NCBI GenBank assembly: GCA_951406725.2
Contig: OX597824.1
Span: forward strand, 75,640,001 to 75,704,000
Length of the DNA stretch: 64,000 nt
DNA from: Octopus vulgaris
Taxonomy: Eukaryota
Reading direction: 5' to 3'
The notes under the pieces are model-generated. The model searched no databases and had not been told where the DNA came from. It saw only the letters and a list, made by a program, of their open reading frames with translations. A program made the position numbers and the translations under genes. Of the stretch, positions 49,565-63,968 are shown one piece after another. How positions within the stretch are numbered: position 1 is the first letter of the stretch; each line of letters opens with the position of its first letter.

Positions 49565-50335
49565 TATATATACATATATACGACGGGATTCTTTCAGTTT
49601 CCGTCTACCGAATTCACTCACAAGGCTCTGATCGGCCCGAGGTTATAGTAGAAGACACTTGCCCAAGGTGCCACGCAGTGGAACTGAACCTGAAACCATG
49701 TGGTTTGTAAGCAAGCTACTTACCACACAGCCACTATTACGCTCATATAAAAAAACTTCAAGAGATTTGGCTGTTATTTTAGCATGTCGAGAGACCTTTT
49801 AGGCTTAACTTCATGCGCTGGTTAACAATCATTTAAAAAATCAATGCATCAAGTAAAAAGAAGAAAGAAAACGAAATATATCACAGAAATGGTTTTGATG
49901 AGGTTTTAAAAAAATTCTGGGTTCCATACAGCCATCTAAAAATTCTTCCAGATGGTAACCCTAATAACCGCAAGAAGTAAAAATAAAAAAGAAATCTGGC
50001 GTCAATACATTCGACTAAAAATTCTTCAAGGTGATGCCCCCGCCTAGCCGCAGTCTAATAACTGCAACAAGTAAAAAGGAAAACAGAAATTCTGGGGTCG
50101 ATATGTCCAACTAAAAATTCTTCCGGGCGGTGCCCCTGCATGGCGACATTCTAATGACTGAAACAAATAAAATGTAGAGAAACAAAACGTAAGAGTAACC
50201 GAAAAATATAACCGTGTCCACTTATACATTTTAACTATAGGGCTTTTGTCCAAGGGGCTTTTTATCTGAGGGGCTTTTGTCCCAGGAGGCTTTTGTCTCA
50301 GGAGGATTTTGTCCTAGAGGGATTTTGTCCTACAC
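48337..50335. mobile_element. Candidate foldback-type element with about 500 bp diverged inverted arms
   Basis: Arms at about 48337-48835 and 49755-50335 are reverse complements, for example CTTCTGTGATATATTTCGTTT and AAACGAAATATATCACAGAA. Both outer ends carry GGACAAAA sub-repeats. Confidence 0.65.
49340..49745 (-). mobile_element. Family A SINE
   Basis: Reverse complement of the consensus. Confidence 0.85.
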
Positions 50336-50418
50336 TCACGTACCACACATACACATAATACATATGCACGTAGGTACATATAAATGAATATCCATACACA
50401 CGCACACACAAACGCACG

Positions 50419-50458
<40 letters not shown>

Positions 50459-51179
50459 CACACAAACAAACAAACAAACAAAACACGTTTTAACGTCACA
50501 TATTACCAATTTCCCATCATACACCTTTGTTCACGACGCTGTGCGTGTGCCTTTCTGCACATGTCATAACATCTTCGTCTAGAATAGTTGGCAGAATCCT
50601 AAACACCAACTCATTGCCAAGGAATCGAACCCGAATCACTTTGCTTAAACGTAAAAATAACAACAACAGAAACAGTATGCTGTCAAGGTTTGATGACGTC
50701 AACAAAGTACTAATCACTCAAGTCGATAGGCTCAGCAGATGTTTAACTCGATAAATTCAAGTCTTGTAAACAACAAATGAGATTCTCATTAATAATTTCA
50801 TCCTTTGTCTTCGTTTTTCTTTCTACTACATTTATCAAATAGCCGGCCCTGGCTACTTCTCAACCAAGACAGATGTCTCCCGCATCAACGTCATTTGACA
50901 TCGGCGACGACGACGGCAGTTGTCATGACACAGCTTAAGCAAGTCAACCGCTAGAATCTTCACCAGTCATGTATACTGTCCTAGTAGGTAGACGCATAAC
51001 GAATCTCCCGAATAGTTGAGCTGTTGAACATGGTATTAATAACGAATTACTGTTTTGTTAACGATAAGTGAATATTTTGCACGAGGAACTTTACACAAAT
51101 GTCTTATTCTTCCATCTCTTAACTCGTCTTTATTCTGGTGACAACCAATCGAAACATTCTTATCGCTAAAGTGCTCACA

Positions 51180-51480
51180 TTTTGTTCCTTCTCGAACCAC
51201 GCCTGGCTCATAAGGGCCGGTTTCCCGGTTTCCTTGGCGTATAGGTTCCCCACCTCGATGGGACGCCGGTCCGTCGCAGGTGAGCTGCAAGATGCAGGAG
51301 GAATGAGTGAGAGAAAGTTGCGGCGAAAGAGTCAGCAGAAGTTCGCCATTACCTTCTGCTGGAGCCGCGTGGAGCTTAGGTGTTTCCCTCAAAAATACAC
51401 ACATCGTCCGGTCTGAGATTCGAACCCGCGATCCCTCGGCCGCGAGTCCGCTGCTCTAACCACGAGGCCATGTGCCTCTA
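51180..51480 (-). mobile_element. tRNA-derived SINE (same family as 35895-36198)
   Basis: Aligns by eye with that copy and has A/B boxes. Confidence 0.85.
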
Positions 51481-51764
51481 CAGAGCGGTCATGTGTTTTG
51501 ATGGGAATTTAGTCACAATTTCTGATTGTTGTTGTTGTTGTTATTTAGACGTAGGTTATCTCTGGTAAATCACATCTCCAACGAAAGCATTCCAAAACTG
51601 ACCATCCCTGTTTAATATAAGATACTCTATCCAGGACTACATTATATACGTTACCCCTTTTTAAAGGCGGTAACGTGTTTTGAGGGGTGTTTTGGCGCTT
51701 TTCACATTGTTTTTGTTGCTGTCACTTAATCCCATGTCAGTCTACAATGAAAAACATTCCAGAA

Positions 51765-52227
51765 CTAGCAGCATAGCCCGGCGTTGCCCGGGTATGTAAG
51801 AGCCCCTAGTAGGCAACGACTAATCCCAATCTAGTCCTTTCCCTCTAGGGAACGAAGGCAGACAAACTGCCGTTTATATATAAAGACCCCCTTCGGTCAT
51901 GAATGACCATGGGATTGCACCTAGAAAGTTACCCTCCTAGACACAAGTCTGGGCAAGGTTGCTTATGGAAGACCAGCAGTCACCCATGCATACCGGCCTC
52001 CCCTCTCCACGACACCAGTGTTATCCAAGGGAAAGACAAAGGTCGATACAGCTTGGCACCAGTGACGTCGCAACTCATTTCTACAGCTGAGTGAACTGGA
52101 GCAACGTGAAATAAAGTGCCTTGCTCAAGAACACAACACGCAGCCCGGTCCGGGATTCGAGCTCACAACCTCACGATCGTAAGCTCGACGCTCTAACCAC
52201 TGAGCAATGCGTTTATATATAGAGAGA
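51765..52227 (-). mobile_element. Short non-autonomous Helitron interrupted by a SINE
   Basis: Minus 3' end CCCGGGCAACGCCGGG hairpin plus CTAG, and 5' TC..TATATATAAAC. Confidence 0.75.
51882..52211 (-). mobile_element. tRNA-derived CORE-type SINE (family D)
   Basis: Minus CGCATTGCTCAGTGGTTAGAGCG...GAGCTCGAATCCC...TTCTTGAGCAAGGCACTTTA. CGTTTATATATA is duplicated on both sides. Confidence 0.82.
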
Positions 52228-52829
52228 TTATAATCAACAGAATTATAATCAAAGAACAGACTTACAATCAAAGGCGACCCATGCTCAAAGTAAAACATAT
52301 TGCAACCATTCCGTCTTTTACTTAGCCACAGCCCACCCCACCAATGATAATGTTATCCGAAGCGTCCTTCCAATTTTAAGATGGCAGAGTATGATTTGAG
52401 AGAGAGAGAGAATGTTGCTATTTCTCTCATCCTATGAGAAATAGCAACCCTTTTTCCTATGGCTTATACACTTCCAATAATGTTGCTTAATATTAACAAT
52501 TCCAATTTTCAGCGTTTCTTCCAGTTTTTGATTTAGAACTTGTTAATGTTGTAATATTGAATAAATTTCCTTTATCCTTATACATATACGTATATATTCT
52601 GAGTTGCTAAATAGATTTTCAACATTTCCCTATATATTACTTAAATGTTTGACAGAAAATAGAGCTTAAACGAAAATTGTCTCGTTATATTGTAATAGGT
52701 TTGGCTTTCCTACCAATTTGGAAATTTCGATCCGTTTCTATATTAAAAAATGCTTGGAGGATGCAAAGCTACGAGAATGATGCGACCGAGTTCTTCCATA
52801 GATTTGTCGAGTTATTATTATGCATATAC

Positions 52830-53265
52830 GCAAGGCGCTTATCTGGTAGAATCGTTAATATACAAGACAAAATGCTTGGCAAAATTTCGTCCGGTTTTAC
52901 GTTCCGAGATCAAATTCCGCCGAGGTCAACTTTGCTTTTCATCCTACTGGGGGGGTCGATAAAATGAGCACCAGTTGACAATCTCCTCCCCATAATTTCA
53001 GGTCTTGTGTCGATAACAGAAAGGGTTATTACGCACATATGCAAGGCAGCGATCTAGCAGAATTGTTAACATACCAGATAAAATGTTTAGCGGCATTTTG
53101 TGAGTCTTTATGTTCTGAGTTCAAATTCCGCCAAAGGTTGACTTTGCCTGTCATCTTTTCGGCTCGATAAATTAAGTACCAGTTGCGTACGGGGTCGATC
53201 TAATCGACTGGGCACCTCACCCAAAAATGTCGGGCCTTGTACTTACAGTAGAAAAGAATATTCTA
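52830..53265 (+). mobile_element. Two diverged family B-related SINEs in tandem
   Basis: Heads at about 52832 and 53043, each with CAAATTCCGCC...GACTTTGC and a tail. Confidence 0.72.
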
Positions 53266-53396
53266 CATGCTATTATTCATGGCTTTGATTGCTTCGAGTT
53301 CAGCCGTTACAGCAATTTACATATATATATATATATATATTAGTGAATTGAAGAAATGGAGTTGAACGAAGATTGAACAGAAATCGTTTTATTGCA

Positions 53397-53476
53397 TTCT
53401 ACACGTGTTTCGAAAGGCACAATTTACCAAATTCCGATTGAATAAGGAGACCATATTGTGTCTTTCTCTTCAGGAA
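53397..53476 (-). ncRNA. Type I hammerhead ribozyme candidate with intact catalytic core
   Basis: TTC-CTGAAGA-GAAAGACACAAT..loop..ATTGTGCCTTTC-GAAA-C(ACGT)G-TA-GAA. Stem II pairs 11 of 12, the triplet is GUA, and AATAAA follows directly. Confidence 0.7.
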
Positions 53477-53526
53477 GAAATAGGAAATCCGTTGGAAAAA
53501 ACAAAAACAGAACAGAGGCGGAGCAA

Positions 53527-53599
<73 letters not shown>

Positions 53600-53944
53600 G
53601 GTTTGGAGATGGTGTACAGGTATTTTATATTAGAAGAAATGAGGTACTCAGAAAATTCGGATGGTTATATATTTCGGCTCGATAAATTAAGTACCATTTG
53701 CGTACGGAGGTCGATCTAATCGACTGAGCCCCTCCCCAAAAATCTCGGGCCTTGTACCTACAGTGGAAAAGAATATTCTACATGCTACTATTCCTGTTCT
53801 TAGTTCCATTTGAAAAATTCACCAGAATGGAGGAAAGCGCTAATATATGATATTGGATATAAGTTATATGATGTATAAAAACATGTAATATACAAATAAA
53901 TATCTGTAAATATAAAACCATCCGAATTTCTGAGTACCTCATTC

Positions 53945-53999
<55 letters not shown>

Positions 54000-54002
<3 letters not shown>

Positions 54003-54168
54003 CTGCCGGACGAGATAGTGAAGATGCCGACGACCGCTCGGTTCAAAGTCTCCCTTGACCACAAGTGGCCTGAACTCTTTCATGAACACCACCCTGTACA
54101 TAACTCCATGTCCCTCTACATGGCCTTGCTTTTTGCTTTTTGAGCCAAATAATTAACTAACTAACTAC

Positions 54169-54174
<6 letters not shown>
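54000..54174 (+). mobile_element. 3' end of a CR1/L2-like LINE
   Basis: KLPDEIVKMPTTARFKVSLDHKW fits the (WN)xLP...FK..LD terminal motif, followed by a (TAAC)n tail. Confidence 0.75.
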
Positions 54175-54253
<79 letters not shown>

Positions 54254-54927
54254 TGTATGTATGTATTTATGTATGTATATACAACAAGAAGAGGGTAAGA
54301 GTCCATGCTGCTACTAATATAACTAAGAATATACTACACTTCTAAGAACTGTATGAAGAATGTTAGGGTCACAGCTTGTAAAAGATTGTGGTTCATTTTT
54401 AATTTATTAGTCTTTTTTATCAACTACCAAATGTAAGGCTAGAGGAAAATGTCTGTTTAGAACGGCGGGGAGGAGTTAGTTGACAGTTTATATAGTTGGG
54501 CATATAATGATTGCTCTGGATATTGTCAGGATTTTAGGATTTCTATAAGTAACAGTCTATACAGAAGGCTGTGTAGGGGAAGACCCCAAATCAAGATGTT
54601 AATTACCAGTTAAAGGAACAAGATATTAATAAAACCTAAATGTTGATACAGAGGAAATTATCATGGGGTACTGTGGATGATAGTATATAAACAATATTGT
54701 TATGTTGTATAAAGATAAAATTTAAGATTACTAAAAATTACTATAACCAGGATAGATAAAATGTATACGTATACCAATTTTAGAACATTAGAAAGGGAAG
54801 ATTACATAGAATTAGTTTAATATTCCTTCCTGTACTTAACTATTTACTTATTAGGTGGTTTCTGTAAAGATTGCTCTGGGTATTTACTTACGGAATACTG
54901 GGGCGATAAATCATGCTATCTTTATAT

Positions 54928-55080
54928 TGGCTGTGTGGTAAGTAGCTTGCTAACCAACCACATGGTTCTGGGTTCAATCCCCCTGCGTGGCATCTTGGGC
55001 AAGTGTCTTCTGCTATAGCCCAGGGCCGACCAATGCCTTGTGAGTGGATTTGGTAGACGGAAACTGAAAGAAGCCTGTCG

Positions 55081-55111
<31 letters not shown>

Positions 55112-55322
55112 GTGTTTGTGTATCTGTGTTTGTCCCCCTAGCATTGCTTGACAACCGATGCTGGTGTGTGTTTACGTCCCCGTCACTTAGCGGTTCGGCA
55201 AAAGAGACCGATAGAATGAGTACTGGGCTTACAAAGAATAAGTCTCGGGGTCGATTTGCTCGACTAAAGGCGGTGCTCCAGCATAGCCGCAGTCAAATGA
55301 CTGAAACAAGTAAACGAGTAAG
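54928..55322 (+). mobile_element. Family A SINE
   Basis: Head, microsatellite and tail. Confidence 0.87.
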
Positions 55323-55553
55323 AACCAGAAAAAAATCAGAAAAAATGTTGTGCATAGATACATACACATATTTAACTATGTGCACACATGCAAATATACA
55401 CAAATATTTGTACTTTATTATGGGTATGTTATAATCAACTCTCAGACTTATATAACTAGAAAGTTTATATATCTCTTTAAGAGATTAGAGATCAATAGGT
55501 AAAGGTATCAAAATAAGAAAACAAAATAATAAGAAATTATAGAGAATAGTAAG

Positions 55554-55591
<38 letters not shown>

Positions 55592-55997
55592 TATACCATA
55601 TTCATCCCAGTGCCACTTTGCCTTTCGTTGTATTCTAGTAGAACGCGCTTGTATGCGAAACCCGGCATGGCCACAATGTAGTAACTGAGGGTAGTAAGAA
55701 AATACATTTCTAAGTGTATTCCTATAATTTGCAATGATAAAATTATTCTATAAAACAAACACCAAAATCTTCATACGCTTTATGTATGCAAGCGCTTTAT
55801 CAGTTAATAAATAATACATACAGCAATACTTTTAGTACTGAACATCGGAATAACTAAAATATTCATTGCAATATATTTGGTAAAAATCATTCGGCAGAAT
55901 AGCTTTGGGGTAAAGAAACAAAAGTGCTAATAATGTGTGTCTGTGCATGTGTGCGTATATGTGTCTGTGTGTGTGCGTATGTATGTGTCTCGCTGTA

Positions 55998-56128
<131 letters not shown>

Positions 56129-56454
56129 TATATGTTTGTATGTATGTATGTATGTGTATGTATGTATGCATATATATATGTGTGTGTGTGTATGTATGTA
56201 TGTATATATTATATATATATACTGAAAGAGTGAGAGAGAAAGGGGGAGATATTAATTGAGAAAGGGTGGAATAATTTTACAATGGTAAAATCTATTCGGC
56301 AGTGGAAGTAAAAGTAAAAAGGATCTCCGTCTTTGTCGACAACGAACATCCAGTTCTCCTGTCAGGTGAGTTACCTGCTCATCGAATTGGCTGAGTATAC
56401 CACCGATATGTGGTCCCTTACAGTAACACTAAAGCAACATCTACCTTAAATAAA

Positions 56455-56700
56455 TTAAATTCTTTATTAGGCACACAGGGCTGGACACAGAGGGGACAAA
56501 TTACAAAGTAGAGCTTTTTTTTTTAGGAAGAAAAAAGGGAGGGGTTCGTTGTCGATCAAAAGGGATCGTTAAAAACACGATCAATAGGGGTCATGTATCA
56601 CAAAAATGTCATGATGTAAAGGGGGAAACAGATAAGGTTTATCCGTGGAAAGAAAAGCCTACGGAAAAGACCACGGTAACCTCGGTCAATAATGTCACAT
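56455..56700 (-). mobile_element. 3' end of a probable L1/Tx1-like LINE
   Basis: Minus strand ends TTTGTCCCCTCTGTGTCCAGCCCTGTGTGCCTAATAAAGAATT, including a polyA signal. Clade assignment is from recollection. Confidence 0.5.
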
Positions 56701-57178
56701 GTTAATACATATATTTGCAAGTAAGTAACTCTCTGTTTTAAATTTTTCCGGGTTACAATTTCGTGGGTAATACATGTAGCATTCTGTGATACGCATTATA
56801 TCCGAAAGCGCAGCAACGTTTCATTGGCTAAAAGTTTGTAATGGTACTTCTTACATATATGTTCCGTTTTTCATTTCTTTTTATCTCTCTTTTTTTTTTA
56901 CTTGTTTCAATCATTTGACTACGGCCATGCTGGAGCACTGCCTTTAGTCGAGCAAATTGACCCCCAGGACTTATTCTTTGTAAGCCTAGTACTTATTCTA
57001 TCGGGCACTTTTTGCCGAACCGCTAAGTGACGGGGACGTAAACACACCAGCATCGGTTGTCAAGCGATGTTGGTGGGGAGGGACAAACACAGACACACAA
57101 ACACACACACACATATACATATATATACATATATACGACGGGATTCTTTTCAGTTTCCGTCTACCAAATCCACTCACA

Positions 57179-58177
<999 letters not shown>

Positions 58178-58958
58178 ATATATATATATATATATGCCAC
58201 GACAGGCTTCATACAGTTTCCGGTATCAAATTCATTAGTCGGTCCAAAGCTTTAGTTGAAGACACTTCCCCAAGATGCCGCCCTGTGAGATTGAACCCGA
58301 AACCACGTAGTTTCAAAACAAGCTTCTTAACCACACAGCCATACTTGCACCCTATGCAGCCATTTTGTTTGAAAGGTTTCAATTACTCAAAGAGAAAATG
58401 TCAATGTCACTATAAGAAGAGATTAAATTTCGGCATGTGGATGATTGCTTTAATAATGGAACCAGAAAATAGATCGAAACACGATTATAGAAAAAGATGA
58501 ATGTTATTTGAGAAAAAAAAAAGAGATAACATTTCAGTATTTGGATGAAAGCTTTTGCACTAGAACCAGAGATTGAATCAAAAGAAGACAGCCACCTTTC
58601 TGAAACTAGCAGAATTTTAAAAAGATTGAGAAGATATCAGTCTTGATGATATCAAAGAATCAGTTTGTAGGTTTCTTATCTAACTGAATCGGCAGTTCTC
58701 TTATTTCTCTCTGTTGCTTGATTCTGTTGGCAAGGTTGTGAATTTCCTTTAACTCTTAAAATAGCTGTTATGCTTGAAGAGTCTGAAGGATTGGTAGAAG
58801 TACTTCTTGAATGTCACTTCAGCAATGAAGCATTTATGAAATTTCAAAAGACGGGTCTCTCGTGCTTTTTGGATGTCAGGTGCTAAGAAAACTTTCGAAA
58901 CTGATTATGTGGAAACGACATAAACTGCTGATGCCTTTTGCAACATCGTAACCATTAG

Positions 58959-59432
<474 letters not shown>

Positions 59433-60029
59433 ATGATTATAAAAACAAAAGGATTTTCTACATGTGTAAACTTGAAAACGAAGTACAGAAATCGATCGAT
59501 CTCTAAAGACAGCATGCAAGGTACTCTGACATGAAGCAACCTTAAATTTCAACAGCTTTTGGGGGTTCTTTTTTTTTTTTTTGTATAAAAATGTAACAGC
59601 ATTATTTTTCAAAAAGACAAATAGAATTGTTTTGAATAGAATTTTTCAGATCTGTTATCATTTTCAATAATTTTGTTTATATTCTGTTTTCATATCAGCG
59701 TTTGAAGACTTTATTATGATTATTATTATTTGTTATTCAATCTAATTCTTGTGAACTTGAAAACCGATCCATAATCATCCGTGTGAAGTTGAAAATTGAT
59801 CCGTTTTAATTCCATAGAAATTGAAAATTAATCTATAATAATTCTTGTCATATCATATCTCCATAATAATCCGTTATTTAGAAATTTAAAAAAAAAAAAG
59901 GCAAAGGTCGGTTAAATTCTGATGACAACATCCAAGTTGTTTTGACATGTAAAACTTCCTATTTTGATATGATAATTATTAACGAACCTGAAGTGGAGGT
60001 ATCCTGGACGTAATTCTTCAGTTCTTCAA

Positions 60030-60097
<68 letters not shown>

Positions 60098-60189
60098 GCG
60101 TTTGTTATTTTTATGCCATAATTTCTGATTGTTTATAGTTCTTGATACTGATTTATCTAGTAAATATTTTTTAGCATAAATTTTCAAAT

Positions 60190-60302
60190 AGTCCCACTGC
60201 GTGGCACCTTGGGCAAGTGTCTTCTACTATAGCCTCGGGCCGACCAAAGCCTTGTGAGTGGATTTGGTAGCCGAAAACTGAAAGAAGCCCGTCGTATATA
60301 TG

Positions 60303-60395
<93 letters not shown>

Positions 60396-60605
60396 ATGTT
60401 TGTGTGTCTGTGTTTGTCCCCTCAACATCGCTTGACAATCGATGCTGGTGTGTTTACGTCCCCGTAACTTAGCGGTTCGGCAAAAGAGAACCGATAGAAT
60501 AAGTACTAGGTTTACAAAGAATAAGTCCTGGGGTCGATTTGCTCGACTAAAGGCGGTGCTCCAGCATGGCCACTGTCACATGACTGAAACCAGTAAAAGA
60601 GAGTA
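60190..60605 (+). mobile_element. 5'-truncated family A SINE
   Basis: Starts at AGTCCCACTGCGTGGCACC. Confidence 0.87.
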
Positions 60606-61116
60606 TATTCTTTGTCTTTTACTAATTTCAGTCATTGGACTGCGGCCGTTCTGGTTTTAGTCGAACAAATCGACCCCAGCTCTTATTTTTTCTGTTTTAG
60701 TCTGGCTCTTATTTCATTCAGTCACTTTTGCCGAACCGCTCATTTTGCAGGACGTTAACAAACCAACAATGGTCGTGAAGCTGTATGATGTAAACATACA
60801 CACACGTAATGTCGCACACACGTTATACGAGGAGGTACCCCAAAATATCCAGAAACGTTCTTTGTGGGACAAACCCTTTGTTGTTCAACCTTCCACCGCT
60901 AGAAGCCACTTGATGCGACCCTCAGGCACTAGTATGCCGACCGGCGTCTTCTCGTGAGGTGGCACTGCCATGTGGTGCGCCTTTGTTTTACAGTGCTTCT
61001 CCTGTATTCGTCGATTTTTGCTATGGTTGAAACGTAGGAACAGCGTGATTCCGTGAAATTCTGTTTCGACTTCCCGCACAAATAAAAAACATCACGAAAA
61101 TTCATGAACTAATCAT

Positions 61117-61604
61117 GAACAAGGATGGAATGTCGAGTATTACCTATTTCTTTATTACCCACAAGGGGCTAAACATAGAGGGGATAAACAACGACAGACA
61201 TAGGTATTAAGTTGATTACATCGACCCCAGTGCGTAACTGGTACTTAATTTATCGAACCCGAAAGGATGAAAGGTAAAGTCGACCTCGGCGGAATTTGAA
61301 CTCACAACGTAACGGCAGACGAATACGGCTACGCATTTCGCCCGGCACGCTAACGTTTCTGCCAGCTCGCCGCCTTACTGTCGAGTATTACCACCTGGCA
61401 GTGGGGGCTAGGGGCTTCATTGAAAGAAAAATGACAACGCTGTTCAAAAGAATATTTGTTTTTTCTAGCTCGGAGCTGAGAAAACTAATAAGGAGAGTAC
61501 AGGAGGCGGTCGAAAAAACCAGCTTCTATATATGGCTGAAGCGAGAAGACCAAAAATGGCTTGAAAGTCATAACATGCTGGCGGAAAATAACATCACTAG
61601 GTGA
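61117..61604 (+). pseudogene. C-terminus of a HERO/NeSL-like RLE retrotransposon ORF, split by the SINE
   Basis: Rejoined frame EQGWNVEYYHLAVGARGFI...IRRVQEAVEKTSFYIWLKRED.KW fits the GW...VG.RGF...AE.AS.W.W.KR pattern. Confidence 0.72.
61145..61378 (-). mobile_element. Family B SINE monomer with a 14 bp TSD
   Basis: TGTCGAGTATTACC at 61131-61144 and 61379-61392. Confidence 0.92.
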
Positions 61605-62500
61605 GACAAGATGACACTGAATTAGCTTTGCTGACTGACAGGTGACAGTCGTTTAGAGAATGCGTGGGCTAAGACTATGCGTCTTCATTGGTCAGTTAAA
61701 GTTGAGACAGTGTCACGTGACAACTCGCTGTGGCTGTCTGCTGGAGTCTAGCAGCAGGTATTTAAAGGGGAAAATTTGACAAGAAAGTCAGTCATCTGCT
61801 GATACATCTGACGCTACATAGAAGAGGCCATGGAACAGAAGAAGAAGAAAGAAGAAGACATGCGCCCAACACCAGAGCTGAAGACACCTCGTCAAAATGG
61901 TACAGGAGTAGGGGCCGAAACCGGACGTGGTTCTTCCTGATGATGTCTTGAGCTAACTGGATCCTATAAAGGAGCTGTTGTGGTCGCAGACTACGAAACA
62001 CGGTTGAAATTCCTTCCTGGAGTTCTTGCCAACGAATTTTGAGCGAAGAATAGCAAAAGAAAAGAATAGCATCAAAGAAAAGAATCGCTTGTTCACGGAA
62101 GATTATAAGCAGTCACGACTGAATAGTTGGAAGTTGATCCAGACCTTGTTATGAAGGTTATCATTCACAAGGCTTTGGTCGGTCCGAGGCTAGAGTAGAG
62201 GACACTTACCTAAGGTGCCACGCAGTGAGACTGAACCCGGAACCATGTAGTTGGTAAGCAACACCCGAGCACACACAAACACACGCGAGCGCGCATATAT
62301 ATTTCGAAGTCACTTTCAACCTCTTCATTGTAAAAATTTATGTATCATTTTACTCTTTTAAAAGCTGGTTATGACAGTTGATTATCTCCCGCTAGCGATG
62401 CAAACAAGAGTACTTATATATTCACCACAAGTGCTTATGAAAGATTCTCCCATGCTAACTATCGCAGTATTGTGTGATTTAACACATCCACTGTTAAGTG

Positions 62501-62575
<75 letters not shown>

Positions 62576-62617
62576 CTATCGCACCATTGTGTGGTTCAAC
62601 ACATCCAGTGTCAACTG

Positions 62618-62653
<36 letters not shown>

Positions 62654-62704
62654 CATATAGATAGATCGAGCGATCGAGAGAGAGAGAAGCAGATACACGC
62701 ACAA

Positions 62705-63076
<372 letters not shown>

Positions 63077-63614
63077 TGATTGATGCGTGTATGTACGGTC
63101 GTACATCGATACATACGTATGTATGAATAACACGGCCAGACACAAGAACATACACATGTCATGACTATTGAAATTTTTAATAAAAATTTATAATATTGTC
63201 CTGAAGTGAGAAAACAATGGAAATAGAATGAAATCTGAAAACTAAGAAATAAAGTGGAGGCCGAGTATTCATAAAGTTAATCAGATTTGCGTTCAGTTTT
63301 TTTTTTCTCCCCTTAAGACTATTGTTAATTCTAACCTCTATGCACTGACGTCACGGTCTACTAGACATTCTCCAGAATTATCGGAGAATATGTTTACTCT
63401 TCAACATCGTATATTACTGAAGTGTGTTGCAGGCAGAAGAACCATAAATGAGAGGTGTCTGAGTGGAGGAGGATGGGATGGGAAGGGGGGGGGGGAAATA
63501 TTTCAGTAAATAACGACTTCGTGATTACATGAATTACGTTTTCGTGGCTGGGCCTTAGGGTGTCCGATTGCTTTAACTCGTTCCGTTCCTTCATTATTTA
63601 TAGTGTGGGGATTC

Positions 63615-63645
<31 letters not shown>

Positions 63646-63896
63646 ATCGAAGCAATGGAAAAAGTTGTTGATCATCGGAAATAAGAGGATGGTGTGTCTG
63701 TGTGCGTGTGTATTTGTGTGTTTGTGCCTGTATTTGTCCTCCATCATCACTTGACAACCGTTGTTGGTGTGTTTACGTTCCCGTAACCAAGTAGTTCAAC
63801 AAAAGAGAACCGATAGAATAAGCGGTGGTGGGGGACAAACACATGTATCTATCTATTTACATACATATACATACATACATACATACATACACACAT

Positions 63897-63968
<72 letters not shown>

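Noticed and set aside
56330-56430. Exon with a CAG|GTGAGT donor
   Set aside because: It aligns by eye with the reverse complement of the family C SINE 3' part, and no acceptor is evident.
58400-58955. Coding-like unique segment
   Set aside because: Stops in all frames and no recognisable motif.
60824-61080. Mariner-like MITE starting TACGAGG
   Set aside because: Only one possible TIR is visible, with no partner end.
62458-62625. Duplicated 45-bp unit around (AT)n
   Set aside because: A simple diverged local duplication with no structural or coding signal.
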